Counted from the first letter of the stretch, positions 12,891-27,458 are shown. The stretch is DNA of 64,000 nucleotides from Gekko japonicus (GCF_001447785.1 NW_015169777.1:186001-250000); one strand, 5' to 3'. The notes: generated by a model not told the origin, from the sequence alone. A program made the numbers and translations.

Positions 12891-13526
12891 CACCATACAA
12901 CGCGCCAATCACTCGGAAACTCGTAACCGCTCTGCTCCGCGACCGGCAAACTCTATGATCGAAGGCGCCGCAAGTTGAAAGGGCCGGCTAAAAAACAGAA
13001 GCCCCAGATAATAGTTCCGTGCGGCAGGCAGGCCTAGGTGCGGCTTTGCCCTCCAAAGGCTCCTCTAACCAGCACCACTAGCAGAACAACATGACTGCTG
13101 TGCTGGGCCAGGAGACGCCGAGGCTCCCGGGCCGGGAACCTGAGAGGCTGCTGCGGTGTCGCGCTCGACCTCCAGCGGCTCCTCCTGCCCGACATGGGGA
13201 AGTGCAGCCCGCCAACACGGGAGCATCCCGTGTCGGGAACAGTAATGTGTGAACATACAGTGGCTAGGCATCGTGGCCGTGCCTCAAGGCGTTTCCTGTG
13301 CTAGCAGGGGAGCGCATAGGGAGCGCCGCGAGGCTTCCTTTGACAGGCGCCCGCCCAACCAGACCGCCTCGCCTCCCGCCACTGGGCGGCTCCGCCTCTG
13401 TCGGCCCGGGAGGGAGGGAGGGTGGAAGAGGAGGAGGCGGAAGAGCTGCCGCCGTCGCCGTGGGAGCCATGACCGGGCCCGCGGCCGCCCCCTAAGGCTC
13501 CTTGGTCCTACGTTCGCCCGCCGGCC

Positions 13527-13563
13527 ATGAAGAGTCCCAAAGAGGAGGCGGAGCCGCCCGCAG
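13527..13563 (+). CDS. GUCD1: GUCD1 coding exon 1
   Basis: gccATG AAG..., MKSPKEEAEPPA+G, donor gtcggt, phase 1 matches exon 2. Confidence 0.8.
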
Positions 13564-14199
13564 GTCGGTCAGGGGCCAGAGGGAACGCGGCGAGAAGCCC
13601 GCTGAGCATGTGCAAAGCGCCGGGTCTGTCGGTGTACTGCATCAGTGCGGTGCTACGCGCTTAGGGGAGATTTTCCTCTGCCGGGGCCAAAGGAGCAGCC
13701 CCTGCTCTAAGCCCCCGGAGTCGCCGTTGCTCATCTAGCCCCTCTGAAGCCCTCCCCCCTCCCGCGGTTGCTGCTAAAAACAATATCCGGGGACAGATGT
13801 GCAGAACGACACGTAGCGTGTCCATGGTTCAGGACGGATGAGTGCGTGTGTGGGGGGGGGGATCTTCCCTTTGCCTTCCCTTCCCGGGCATCTCCTGTTC
13901 CCTTTGCCAGTGAGCTGTATCTTGGACTTTCAAGTGAGTCTAGTTGTAACACAGCCACTACTGCTAAAGACCACAGAGAACGTTGTCACTTATCCAAACT
14001 TATTTTTCTCTGTGTCAAAATTCAAAGTTCAGGCTACAAGTGCAAAACAGACTTGCAGGTGAGCTCTTCAGCATCTCTTGAATTAGTAGAGATCCAGCCT
14101 GAAAGGAATTGAGGTTGGCCATAATAATTTCATCAATGCAATTGTAGAGGAAAAGCTGCCCTGTCCCCTACAGACTACCTGACCACCTGCTGTGGGGGT

Positions 14200-14372
14200 C
14201 TAGATTTGCATCCAGTAGCATCTTAAAGACCAACGACGTTTTTCAGGGTTTGAGCTTTCAAGAGTCAAAGGGAGGCCTGACTAGGGGAGCTTTGGCTCTT
14301 GAAAGCTCATACTGCAAAAATATTGTTGGTCTCTAAGGTGCTACTGGACTTAAATCTAGTTGTGCTTCTGCA
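14200..14372. mobile_element. Penelope-derived inverted-repeat element (degenerate)
   Basis: tccagtagcatcttaaagaccaac ... gttggtctctaaggtgctactgga inverted arms, similar to the terminal repeats at 47785 and 48055. Confidence 0.7.
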
Positions 14373-15023
14373 GACCCCAGTCTGAAACTGTGCTGGAGTC
14401 TTGCTCCTGAGCTGCTGGTTTACAGTGGTTGTTCATCGGCACTCCAGACCTGGTTTCTGTGTTTCCTATTTCTGCTGCACAAGTGTCACAAGATTCCTGG
14501 CAGTGTGCAAGTCAAAACTCTGCAGGGACAGTTTTCATCTATGGATAATAGCAGAGACTTTGCTTTTTTTCACTGCTCTGTTGGTGTTCATACTGCTGCT
14601 ATAGCACAGAAGAGCAGAGGGATGACTGAGGATTTGGTACTGTTGGGGGGAGTAGGCAAAGGAGGGCAGAACTGGTGATCCCATACATCTGGCTGAGAGG
14701 ATGGGAGGGAAGACCTGGAAGTCTCACTGTTGGGCCAGGCTGACATGTGAGGAGCCCTCTTACTGAACCGCCTGAGTTCCAAGGTTAAATAATTACATAC
14801 TGAAAGAAATTATGGCAGTTGCAGCTTATTGTTCTGATTCAGGTACCTAATTGTTCTGTGTTACCTCACTGAAAGAAACCGATTTACAGTTCTTTTTGAG
14901 GCAGCAAAAGATGAGTTAATTAGGCTTAATATCTCCATCCCATGTAATAAGATTACAGACTCACTGCGTGTGGAGGATTAGGCAGTGCTGGTGCTGAAAT
15001 GCTGACCATCCCCACTTAGTTTC

Positions 15024-15300
15024 AGCCAGTTTGGTGTAGTGGTTAGGAGTACAAACTGGGAGAACTGGGTTTAATTCTCCAGTCCTCCACATGCAGCAGC
15101 TGGTGTGACCTTGGGTCACTCACAAGTTCTCTCAGAGCTGTTCTCTCAGGAGCAGTTCTCTCAGAGCTCTCTCAGCCCCACCTACCTCACAGGGTGTCTG
15201 TTGTGGGGAGGGGAAGGGAAAGGAGATTGTAAACTGCTCTGAGACTCCTTCAGGTAGTGAAGGGTGGGGTATAAACCCAATCTCCTCCTCTTCCTCTTCC
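15024..15300 (+). mobile_element. Squam3/CORE-type SINE
   Basis: agccagtttggtgtagtggtta head, ctctctcagccccacctacctcacagggtgtctgttgtgggg core, (CTT/CCT)n tail; similar to 16025 and 61093. Confidence 0.75.
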
Positions 15301-16024
15301 AGCTGCTGTGAGCCTGTGTTTCTTTTTGCAGTAATGGGTGGATTGAAGCTCTCTATGCAGTGTTGATAACCTGGCTATTGTTTACAATAGGCGATTGTAA
15401 GCTGCTCTGAGACTCCTTCAGGTAGTGAAAAGCAGGGTATAAAAACCAACTCTTCTTCTTTTTACAGGAAATACAGGTGATCATTGCCATTGGTATTGAC
15501 CTGAAATATTTGATGGGGAGATCAGCAAAGCTTATATAGTGAAGTTTAAGTAGTGCATATGAGAGATAATTTTCTTCGTATTACTAGCCCTAGAAATCAA
15601 ATTACAACTTTGAAACTGCTTAATTTGCCTATTTTAATCCATTTTCTGTGCTAATAAATATTGCATTTTTAGTAGTGATTTTTTTTCCTGCGAAAAAGCA
15701 GTTACGATAAATGTTTTGCCCCTACTTCCATGTCTTGGAACACTTTTTCTGATTAATCACTGGTTATTTTGAAGTCTGATGCTGTTGATGTTTTTAAATT
15801 AAGTATTGTATGTTTTTACACATGTTGTACACTGCCCTGAGCCCTTCGGAGGAGGGCGGTATAGAAATTAATTAATTAATTCCCCCCAAGGTTGCTATCC
15901 TATGATAGCTGTTTGCATAATCACCTTCATAAATTTTATTTAAATTAGGTTCTCTGGCATTTTAAAAAATTGCATGTAGATTTGTACACAATGGAATGAA
16001 AGATGAGTTTTCCCTCAGGGGGAA

Positions 16025-16246
16025 AACTTTTCTCTGCCTTAAAGAGTCTCAAAGTTGCTTACAATCTCCTTCCCTTCCTATCCCCACAACAGGTACCGCG
16101 TGCGGTAGGTGGGGCTGGGAGAGTTCTGAGAGAATTGTGACTGGCCCAGGGTCACCCAGCAGGCTTCATGTGGAGGAGGAGTGGGGAATCAAACCTGATT
16201 TTCCAGATTAGAGCCTGCTGCTCTTTACCACTGCACTCACACTGGC
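16025..16246 (-). mobile_element. Squam3/CORE-type SINE (inverted relative to 15024 copy)
   Basis: Reverse-complement similarity to 15024-15300. Confidence 0.7.
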
Positions 16247-16262
16247 AGAAGTATATATCTAA

Positions 16263-16397
<135 letters not shown>

Positions 16398-17945
16398 TAA
16401 GTAAATTCGGCGAGGACTGATGATAAAACTTACCAGCAAGATAGTTCCTGGATCTGAGCCACTGTGAAAGTTGCTGACCCTTTAAAAAACTGTGTAACTA
16501 GCTATAGTGCCAGCTTCTCAGTTGTGAGAGGGGGGAAAGCATGGACCTTTAGCTTCTATCAGAGACCGATTTGATGTAAAAATTGGAAAAACCATTATTT
16601 CCCCCACAGGCTTACACCTTGAATCATACCACTGATTTGCATTGCTCTTTCAGTAATTGTAATCAACAGGTAGCTTTTGTCCCCTTCATTTGTCGTACAT
16701 ATCTTGCCCTTTTCCATTCCACAAAGTTGCTGCTGTTTGTGACCCACAAATAACAATGGTTCTGATTTTCTCTGTGTTGTGTTGCCTGGGTTTCATTTTC
16801 CAACCTGCTAGCTGTCCTGCTGAGCTCGTCTTTCCTTCCACAGAGGAACATGAGCTTTAGGTGCAGGAGAATATTTAGATGTCTACTTAATAGATATGAA
16901 GCAGAAGATTTTCATTTCTCTCCATCCCTTCTGCCAAGACGTTAGTCCGTGCGCTGGTAATTTCCCATCTTGACTACTTGTAACCTGCCTCTCCTCTTGC
17001 CCTACCCATTCCAAGCAGAACCAAACCTCCTTTCCTGAAGATCCAAACCACTCTTTTTCCTCTTCATTTCTGAATTCCAGTGGCTTTTCCTGCAAGCTTC
17101 TTCTCACTGCCCAGGTGACCCCGTGACCCTGATCCTGAATGAGCAGCTCTCTCCCGCTGTTCCTGAAGTTTCTCCTACCACCAATTTTTGTCTTGTCTTT
17201 CTTCTGTCTGCCACAATGCAGGTCTGGTTCAGACACCATTGTGGTTTGCACACTGGGAATGCACTGCAGGCTCATGTGTTTCCCCTACCCTCCCAGGGTT
17301 TGTGCTAATCATAGTTCAGGGTTATGGCTTTATTGGGGCTAACGTTAGAGCTGGCCAGGTTGTTCAAAACTGATGGCTTGCAAGCTGACTTCAAACCATG
17401 ATTTCAAGGGAGGCCTGGTTATTTCAGACCACAGGGGTGAGCCCTAATGTTGCTGTAACACTGAAGTATAGATACGGAAAGCCATGGGTGTGGGGGATTA
17501 CTGCTCCAAGAGGGTAGGAGGGAGCACAGAAGCAAACTGAACCATGGCTTGGAGGTCATTTGAACTGTATCCCAGTGTCTGAGGAAATTTCCCATCAGAT
17601 GTTTGCCAAGTTATTTATTTTTATCCTCCAGTCTCTCACTGGTTAAAAAAAACACCAAACGTGTAGCTATCAGACCCTCTTCTTTGGACCCTATTGCATG
17701 TACATAAACCAGTGGATTATAAACAGCACTAAAATACATGTTCGTATAAACATATCAGATACATTACCCTGTAAACCTATTAAGCCAAGAACAAAGTCCC
17801 AGGAGCAAGCAAGCATTTGACATCACATTGATTGGAGTTTTGTGTCCTTTTGGTGGCGGGGTGCCTGTCCACTTTGGACTGATCCTATAATTCTGTGTTT
17901 CCCATGTGCCATATGAAGTGTTCCGAAATGCTCTTTTTTACCTAA

Positions 17946-18173
<228 letters not shown>

Positions 18174-18264
18174 TGATATTACCCAAATTCTGGTTCTCTG
18201 GCAAAGTGAAGGCAGGGATTCCTTTTGACGGCCATATCAGGTTCAATCCATGGTTTCCTTAGGA

Positions 18265-19168
18265 CAGGGGTGGCCAAACTGCAGCTTGGGAGCCGCATGC
18301 AGCTCTTTCACACATTTTAATGTAATGTTAATAAAAAGCAAATCTGCATATTTTTCAATGAAAATATAGGTGTAATATTTGTTCATGTCTTGCGGCTCTC
18401 AAACATCTGAATTGAAAACAAGTCAGCCAGTATCATAATGCCCCTGTATAAATCAATGGTGCAACCTCATTTGGAGTACTGTGTACAGTTCTGGTCACCA
18501 CACCTCAAAAAGGATATCATAGCATTGGAAAAAGTGCAGAAAAGGGCAACTCGGATGATAAAAGGGTTGGAACACTTTCCCTATGAAGAAAGGTTAAAGC
18601 GCTTGGGGCTCTTTAGCTTGGAGAAACGACGGCTGAGGGGTGACATGATCGAGGTTTATAAGATTATGCATGGGATAGAGCAGGTTGAGAAAGAAGTACT
18701 TTTCTCCCTTTCTCACAATACAAGAACTCGTGGGCACTCAATGAAATTGCTGAGCAGTCTGGTTAAAACAGATAAAAGGAAGTACTTCTTCACTCAAAGA
18801 GTGATTAACACTTGGAATTCACTCCCACAGGAGGTGGTGGCGGCTACAAGCATGGACAGCTTTAAGAGGGAATTAGATAAGCATATGGAGCAGAGGTCTA
18901 TCAGTGGCTATTAGCCACAAGATATAGATAGGAACTCTCGGTCTGGGGCAAGTGGTACTCTGTATTCTTGGTGCTTGGGGGGGGGCAACAGTGGGAGGGC
19001 TTCTGGTGTCCTGGCCCCACTGCTGGACCTCCTGATGGCACCTGGTATTTCTGGCCACTGTGTGACAGACTGTTGGACTAGATGTTGGACTGATCCAACA
19101 TTGGCTTCTCTTATGTTCTTATGTTTATTCTGTGTGGCTGTTACATTAAGCAAGTTTGGCCACCCCTG
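18265..19168. mobile_element. hAT MITE interrupted by a CR1 fragment
   Basis: TIRs CAGGGGTGGCCAAACT / AGTTTGGCCACCCCTG; perfect TSD CCTTAGGA (18257-18264, 19169-19176). Confidence 0.9.
18411..19125 (+). mobile_element. CR1 LINE 3' fragment (ORF2 C-terminus plus 3' UTR)
   Basis: PHLEYCVQFWSPHLKKDIIALEKVQKRATRMIKGLE...LFSLEKRRLRGDMIEVYKI; (TCTTATGT)n terminus. Confidence 0.92.
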
Positions 19169-19176
19169 CCTTAGGA

Positions 19177-19915
19177 GCACCACTGCAGTGGTGAAGAAGG
19201 CAAACTCCATGCTGGGGATTATTAGGAAGGGGAGTGGGAATGAAATGGCAAATGCTGTGTTGCCCTTGTATACAGCCATGGTGCAGCCTCAGTTGAAATA
19301 CTGTTTATCACTCTGGTTGCTGTATCTCAAAAAGGACATTGCAGAACTGGAAGAAGTACTAAAGAGGGCAATCAAGATGATCAAGGGGTTGGAGCACCTT
19401 TCCTACGAGGAAAGGCTGAAGGGTCTGGGGCTTTTTAGTTTAGAGAAAGGAAGGCGAAGAGGCGGGGCCATGAGAGAGATTTATAAAATTATGCATGGGG
19501 TGAATAAGGTGGATGAGGAGCTAAAAATAATACTAGAACTTGAGGGCCACCCAGTGAAGTTGATTGGCAATAGGAACATGATCGACAAAAGAAAGTACTT
19601 GTTTACTCAATGAGTAATTAAATTATTGAATTAATTGCCGGTGCACATGGTGGTGGCACAAACATAGATGGCTTTAAAAGGGGGGTTAGATAGATGAAGG
19701 ATAGGTCCATCACTGACTACTGTCCATGGTGAGTAAAGGGAACCTCCACATTCAGAGGCAGTAAACCTCTGAATACCAGTGCCAAGTGGCAACATTGGGA
19801 GGAAACCTTTGGCTTTTGTGTTCTGTTGGCTCTCCAGAGCAACTTGTTGGCTACTGTATGAAACAGGGTGCTGGAGCCTAACAGCAGTCTAATCCAGCAG
19901 GGCTCTTCTTATGTT
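19177..19915 (+). mobile_element. Older CR1 LINE 3' fragment
   Basis: KKANSMLGII...LSYEERLKGLGLFSLEK degenerate ORF2; ends ctcttcttatgtt. Confidence 0.85.
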
Positions 19916-19926
19916 TTTAAAAATAG

Positions 19927-20223
<297 letters not shown>

Positions 20224-20684
20224 TGAGCTCTTGGTGGTGTCTTTTTCTCTTTTTGCTTTATTGTGCAAATGGGACAACTCTTCTGGAATAGTTAGCTCTA
20301 AAATGGGAAAGCTCTCGAGTCAGCCTTCCTTCGGATTTTCATCTGGGCTTAGAGAAATGTATGCCAGCCAAGTTAGTGTCAGACTGGGACTGGGGAGACC
20401 CAGGTGAGGAGGGAAGAACTCTTATCTACTACCCTGAGGAGGAGCAGGATAAAAATGCAGCAGAGTGAAGTTTGAGAAACAAATCTCTCATACCTCTTGC
20501 ATGCTAATCATGTGCATATTTACCTGGAAGCAAGGTCTGTGGAATTCCTTGCAATTTATTTTCATGTTAACATTGATATCAGCAAGGCTGCAGTCGCTTT
20601 TGTTTTCCAGCTTGTCTCTCCAGATGGGAGTACTTTGCTTACCCCTCTTTTAAATTAAAGTTGGGATTCTGCTAAGTACAGGTA

Positions 20685-21040
20685 AGGTAAAGGTAAAGGT
20701 TCCCTTGCTCAAAAGCCAGTCGAATCCGACTCTAGGGTTGCGGTGCTCATCTCCGTTTCAAAGCCGAAGAGCCAGCGCTGTCCGAAGACGTTTCCGTGGT
20801 CATGTGGCCGGCATGACTAAACACCAAGGCGCACGGAACGCTGTTACCTTCCCACCGAAGTGGTCCCTATTTATCTACTTGCAATTTCTTGCTTTCGAAC
20901 TGCTAGGTTGGCAGGAGCTGGAACTAGAGACAGGAGCTCACCCTGTCTTGCGGCACCCGGGTCTTGAACCGCTGAACTACTGACCTTCCACAGCCTGCAG
21001 TTCAGCGTCTTAACCACTTGAGCCACCGCAGCTCCGCGGT
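20685..21040 (-). mobile_element. Sauria SINE, full length
   Basis: Reverse complement of the 7318 copy; TSD GTACAGGTA (20676-20684, 21041-21049). Confidence 0.88.
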
Positions 21041-22396
21041 GTACAGGTACCTACATGTTTATTGGGAAAGATTTTTCAGTCTCCAGAGTAGCTCTCTAGA
21101 GGCATCATTGCCATCGAAAAGAATATTGCAGATTTGAACCTTTGTGCTCTCCTCGACCACAAAACAAGCAGAAAATCACAATTTCTATTTCCATTCCAAA
21201 TGAAGGCTCATTAATAGTAAAAACACATGGTAAAAATCAATGGCTGTTAAAGAACAAGATCATGAAAATGACTGGCAAATCTTGGGGCAGAGAGTTACTC
21301 TGAACAGGATTAACCCAACGCTATGAAAAGTTGCAGCTGCTTCCAGGAAGTTTTAGGTTGGCTATCAGTTGCAGTCGCTCATCCAGATGGCCACCAGCAA
21401 GTTGTGAAGAGCTGGCTTTATTTTTCTGTACTCTTACGGTATCATCTTAAGAATGTAAGTCCCACTGAGTTTGCAAGTTTGTTTAGGATTGTTTCCTTAG
21501 TGTCATCCCCCCCCCATCCCCCACCGCATGGAGACAGAGTGTGTGTTCAGGCTTGTAACCTCATCCATCAGGGATGGAGGAAGAGAGTCTCTGGCAGCAG
21601 GCCAAAATCTGAGCTGAAGCTGACCCTCAGAACTGGAGTAGAAGTCTTGTGCAAGCTGTCCAGGACTTAGCATGGGTTAGATTGATGTTAATCTAGCAAA
21701 GGCTAGTGTTTGACTGAAGGTTTATATAGGGAGCACAAGATCCCACTCCTTCCTGTAACCAGAGTTGGAGCAGAATCCCGCAAAGGTACGGAAAATGGTG
21801 CTGGCCTCCTGCTTGAGACAAGACTGCAGGGTGCTTTGAGCTGCCAGGTATGCGGTCCTTCATCTGGTCTGGGCTGTGACACCAGCTCTCTGCCTTCTTC
21901 ATTCCTGGGGGAGACTGTAGGGCTTGTGGAGGTGAAGTTCCTGTTCTGCTTATATCACTAGCCGTCATAGTGGAAGGAGGCTCTGGGGGGTGCAAGGAGC
22001 CTCAGTTATAGCACTGACTATGGAGAGGGTTCCTCAGGCCTTGGGGAGTCTTCCTCCCACACCAAGGCTAGGTCAGGGTAAGTCTTGACAGTATGCAGCT
22101 GATACTACAAGTTCCTTTGGCGCTGAGATAAGAGGAGGTGAATGCCAGAAGTGCAAGAGGCATGTGCATCGTGACTGGAAAGGTTGAAGGGGAAGCTGAA
22201 GAGCCCGTTGGCTGTGGATCAAATCCAAATAGCATGTTCCAAGTAGTATGGAACACATCATCTTCCATTGTCTTTTCAGCAGGCAAGATTAGCAGCAGAG
22301 GGAAAGGTCTTACGTGGGTGTTCCACTAGCAGAAATCCATTGCCTGCTGAAAAGACAGGAACAGCTAACTGCATTTGAAACTTGAGGGCTGGGAGC

Positions 22397-22488
22397 TCCT
22401 GTCCTGTCTGATTAAGGCCTGTGCAAAACATCCAGTTGTTTTATGAAATCCTGTCCTGTCTGATTAAGGCCTGTGCAACACATCCAGT
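22397..22488. repeat. 40-bp direct repeat (period 52)
   Basis: tcctgtcctgtctgattaaggcctgtgcaa(a/c)acatccagt occurs twice. Confidence 0.85.
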
Positions 22489-23218
22489 CTAGATGTGTTT
22501 TCACATTCAGGCCTTGTGGCCAGGGCTAAAGAAAAATAAATAAATAAACTCATCACAAGTACAATCAAGTTATCAGAAAAAGATCATTTAAAAAAAATCT
22601 ATTCAGGGCTAACATGCCAGTGGGTGTCAACATGCAGATTTTTAAACCGCCCAGACACCCTTATTCCAGAATAAAATGCATCATCCTGTAGCTCATAATC
22701 CTAAACATTTATTGGGATGCACACGTAGCTGGAATTATTTCATCAGCATGGCGATTGTAGCCCTAACCTCCTGTCCTTGAAGCATTATAACATAAGCTTT
22801 ATGCAAAGACGGAATAGAGTTCATATGTGTAAGCATGTGGAATTTTAACAAATCTAGTCATAACCCTAAATTTGTAACATGCTTCTCACTTGCACAGATT
22901 CAAGATTAATTTATTATTATTTATTTAAAACATTTATAATGCCGCCTTTCCACCTAAATAGGGGGTCCCCAAGGCGGACCCAGTTATAGAATCCATATTG
23001 CAGTAGCCACAACTTAGCCTTTGGGAGAGGCAAGGAACAAGGAGCTCTTTTAAACTGTATTACTACTTCTCCACGCCATATGCTTACTGGAAGAGCTCCT
23101 TCAGGTGGAAATGCCTGTCTGTGGTCATATGGTGCATTTCAGCGTCTGTTGTACAGGCATTCTGCCAAAGTTGCCCCAGGAGTTATTGTCTTTGCTTACA
23201 CTATCTAGATGGCCTTGA

Positions 23219-23593
<375 letters not shown>

Positions 23594-24112
23594 TAACCAC
23601 CCCCTGCTTCCAAGCTCTGGTTTCTCCTTCTCTCCAGTTCTGTGAGCTTTTTAAATTTAAATTTCAAAGAATGCTAGTCACCGTTGCTGTTCTGTGTCTG
23701 CTGTGATCTCCTAGCCTGTGTGGATTCATGGCTACAGTGTGAGTGACTGGAGATCCGAGCTCACATTCTTATCCTGTCACAAAGCTCACTAGGTGACCTC
23801 GGATGAGCAGGCCCACTTTCTTAGCCTAGCCTACCTCACAAAGTCGTGAGGGAAAAAAGGCGGGCAGGGGGAGGTCTTATGTGTACTGCCCGGAGTTTTT
23901 TTTATTTATTAAACATTTTATATCCTGCCACATCCAGAATTGTGACATATGATACAGCACAGAAGCACAGTCAGATAAAATACTGAAAATATTAATGAAA
24001 TCAACCCATCCGTGGAAGGAAAGGCATGATAAAAGTGTTATAGAACAGTCATTTTAAAATATTCTACACTGGCTGTTCTGTGTTGTTACTGCAAGATGTT
24101 CATAGCAATGCA

Positions 24113-24328
24113 TAGGGTTGGATCCAGACAAACATTTCTGCAGGCACAAGGATTTCTACCCATGGAATGTGATTTTTCTACTCCCACCCCATGGCAGCCC
24201 CAAATCCCTCCTGAAATTGTTCTGGGGGCTCTCCTCTCTCCCAGAACAGATTTCTGTGGATCTGAGGCTCCTACAGTAGAGGGGGAAACTGCATTCCATG
24301 GAAACATCTAGTCTGGATCCAAGCCCTA
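24113..24328. mobile_element. Old MITE-like element
   Basis: Inverted ends tagggttggatccagac / gtctggatccaagcccta. Confidence 0.55.
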
Positions 24329-24387
24329 GTCAGTCTCTGAAGCATGGGCTGTCTGATTTAGCATGCAGGGGGATGCTGATTAGATAG

Positions 24388-24567
<180 letters not shown>

Positions 24568-27236
24568 CACCCGGGACTGGCCCTTCCAGTTTGTCATTGG
24601 CCCAGCCTGCCCAGCACCTCTATGGGCAGCTAGCTTGTCTCAGGACTCCTGCTACAGAGACTTTGCTCCCAGACTGCAGCAGGATTGCAAACAAGGGATG
24701 CTTTAGAGACGTTGGTAGAGCTACATTGCTGTCCTATCACCATCTTTTTATTCTTGACGACGAAATAGGCTGTGTACATACACTATGCTATATACATACA
24801 TACGGATGTGTATGTATTTAATTTTAATTTTGCACACTTAAGTTTAAAATGCAAAATCAGACTTTTTTCCTGTTGGATGTCAGACCCTTTTCCTTCCCAG
24901 GAATAAAACTCTCCGAAACCAAATCCATATAATGTTAGTCGTCACTTTGGGGGCATTTGGAGAAAGGGTAGACACAGGAAGAAGCGACAGATAAAGACAC
25001 ATCCTTCACCCAGATCATAATAAACTATTTTTTGAGTGCGCAGCTAGATGAAGAAGTCCTTGTTGTCTAAAAAGGATTCTACAGACAGAAGCAGGCTGAT
25101 TGCTACAGCTACTTTTGAAGCAGAGGCGGACGTCTTACCTGTGTTGGCAGCAGGCTGGAAGTGCTTTCAGAAGATTGGTTTCAGTCGGTGAAAGGGAAAG
25201 TTGTTGCATAGCGAGTGCACTGCCACCTTGGAAACGGTGGTGTGAATCTGCTCACTGCATGCCACCCATTTATTTTCAGATACTCTGTTTGCTTCCTCGG
25301 TGCAGTTTTTGGGGAAGGGTTGCAGACTCCTGAATGTACCATGCTACTTCTCAACAAGTTAAATATTTTCAAGATAAATTTGGGGGAAGTGCTTTGCTAA
25401 CTTACCGGTTCCAGCGCCACACAATTAAAGATCTTTAAACCTTTGATTTTAAGCATGTTGAACAGTGGAAGTGGGGTCAGCACCGCTACCACTTGAACAG
25501 TCATCATTTGTAGGACTCTGAAGAAAGCTTTCCCCTGCCAGTAGCTCCCAAGTGACACTTGCCGATGGCCAGCCACAGGCCCAGCCTTACTGTTGTTTTT
25601 AAACTGATACTGCGCTGTCAGAACATATCTAGAAACTGATGTCATGGCAACAGAATGATACTTTAGAATTCACTTAAGTGTGTGCAGTTGGCAGTATCAG
25701 TACAGGGCTAACAGGTAGGGATGGAAACTTCATTAGCTGCTACAGATCTGTAATTGGAGACTGGAACTCTATTGCTAACACTATTCATGAACTTCCAAGG
25801 CAGAGGCAGCCAGCAGCCAGATTCAGAACGGAAATGGGGAAACTCCTCTTAGCTGAGTTGTAGAACAGGTGCTAGCCAGAATCCACTTTCTACCTCATCA
25901 GTACTACACTCATGCTCAGATGGGACTTCCCTGATTGTTAAAATAAAATAAAACTTTTCATACAGCATAATCCAATGTGTACTTTATTTGAAAGTATTGC
26001 AAATACAGAGAATCGGTGGTGACACGCCTGACATTAGCCAGTGAACAAGAAACAAAATTCTGGCAACGATAGACAATTGAAATAGGGAGACACCAGTGGC
26101 AAGGCTTCCCTTGAGGATTTTTAAAGAACTGTGTGCCATTAAATGCCACGTTGCTTGGGTTCAAAATCTTATCCACCCCAGAAAGTGAATGTGGTGAGAC
26201 AAGTGCTCTAAATCATCTGAAAAACAAAGAAACCCCATTGCACTAGAAGCACAGACCTTAAGAACAGGGTAAACATTTCTCTCCTGCTGTTGTGGCCTTT
26301 TATGGCATGATCCAAAGAGTTCTGTGTGTCACTTGGGATTTCTGAATTTCTTCTTACCTACAGCTCTTCTGTTTGAGACCATTTGCAAGGAGTGGGGTGG
26401 GAAGAGCAAAGCTCTAAAAACTGTACAGTGGGTAAAAGGTCAGTCTTTACATTCTCATTTATGCTATTTTTTGTTAAAATAATACACACTTTGAACAGTA
26501 AAGGGGAAAATAGTCCTTTCTGCTTAAGGCACTGCTGAATTCTTTTAAGGCTAATAATACTAAAGGGCCATTTTATGATTTTAAAGGCCAGGAGTCATAG
26601 CACTGTAAAAGACACAGGATTTAAATGCACCTGTTGTTAATTAAGTAGAACTGCTTGCTGATTCTTACGCAGATCTTTCACATAAGACAACAGACGTATA
26701 AACCGTTCCCAAATTACAATTTTAGATGAATCACTGGTAGGCATGACCACCTCATTCCCTGATGTGATGGAGGAACTGACCCTGGAAGACTATACAATTT
26801 AGGAGCCTGGCCTTTACAGCCAGTTAATTTTTTTTTTTTAAAAAAACCCTCAATTCAGAAAGCGGCTTAATAACAAAGCAGAAGCTACTACTGGGGAGGG
26901 TGCAAGAGCAAACATTTCTGCATTGTACAAAGAAAGGTGAAAGTGCATTCCCTCCATTAAGGTCTCTCAAACATACACCAGGCTAAAAAAGCAAGCAAAT
27001 GGATTCAGTGCAAAATCAAAGGCAATTCTGAGGGGGGGGGCATTCCTTTTGTATCCAAAGTCACAGGCTTGTTTAAGGAAACATATCTTAACCTCATTCT
27101 TTTCTTGTTCATCTGGCTGCTGAATTCAAGCAAATATTCGTCACAACAGGCCTTAATTCACTCTTGTCCATAACAAAAGAAATATTTTATGTAGAGAAAT
27201 TTTATACGGAAAATATACTTTGTAATTGAGTCACTC

Positions 27237-27242
27237 AATAAA
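27237..27242 (+). terminator. Candidate distal GUCD1 polyadenylation signal
   Basis: AATAAA after an AT-rich, apparently repeat-free 3' region; proximal AATAAA at 24902, 25019 and 25942. Confidence 0.4.
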
Positions 27243-27458
27243 GGATTAAGCTGTAATCCAAGAACAAAATGCATGCTTCTTCCTTCTTTCGGAGAAGCTG
27301 AGAGGCTTCACAGTGGATAGTTTCTAAAAAGGAAACTTCAAAACTAACTTTCTTCAGCATCAAGTACCTGGCATCAAAGTATATTGCGTTGCATGGGGGT
27401 GCACCTTCCATTCAAAGGGGGTGAGGAGTCAAAATTGCTATTAGCCAACTGATTCATA

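Larger units (their letters stand above)
12420..13860. promoter_or_regulatory. CpG-island bidirectional promoter for SNRPD3 and GUCD1
   Basis: CpG-rich, between head-to-head genes; CCAAT 12905-12909, ETS-like CCGGAA 12835 and 12882, GC boxes. Confidence 0.85.

Noticed and set aside
18438-18914. 158-aa open ORF as a nested gene
   Set aside because: It is the C-terminus of CR1 ORF2
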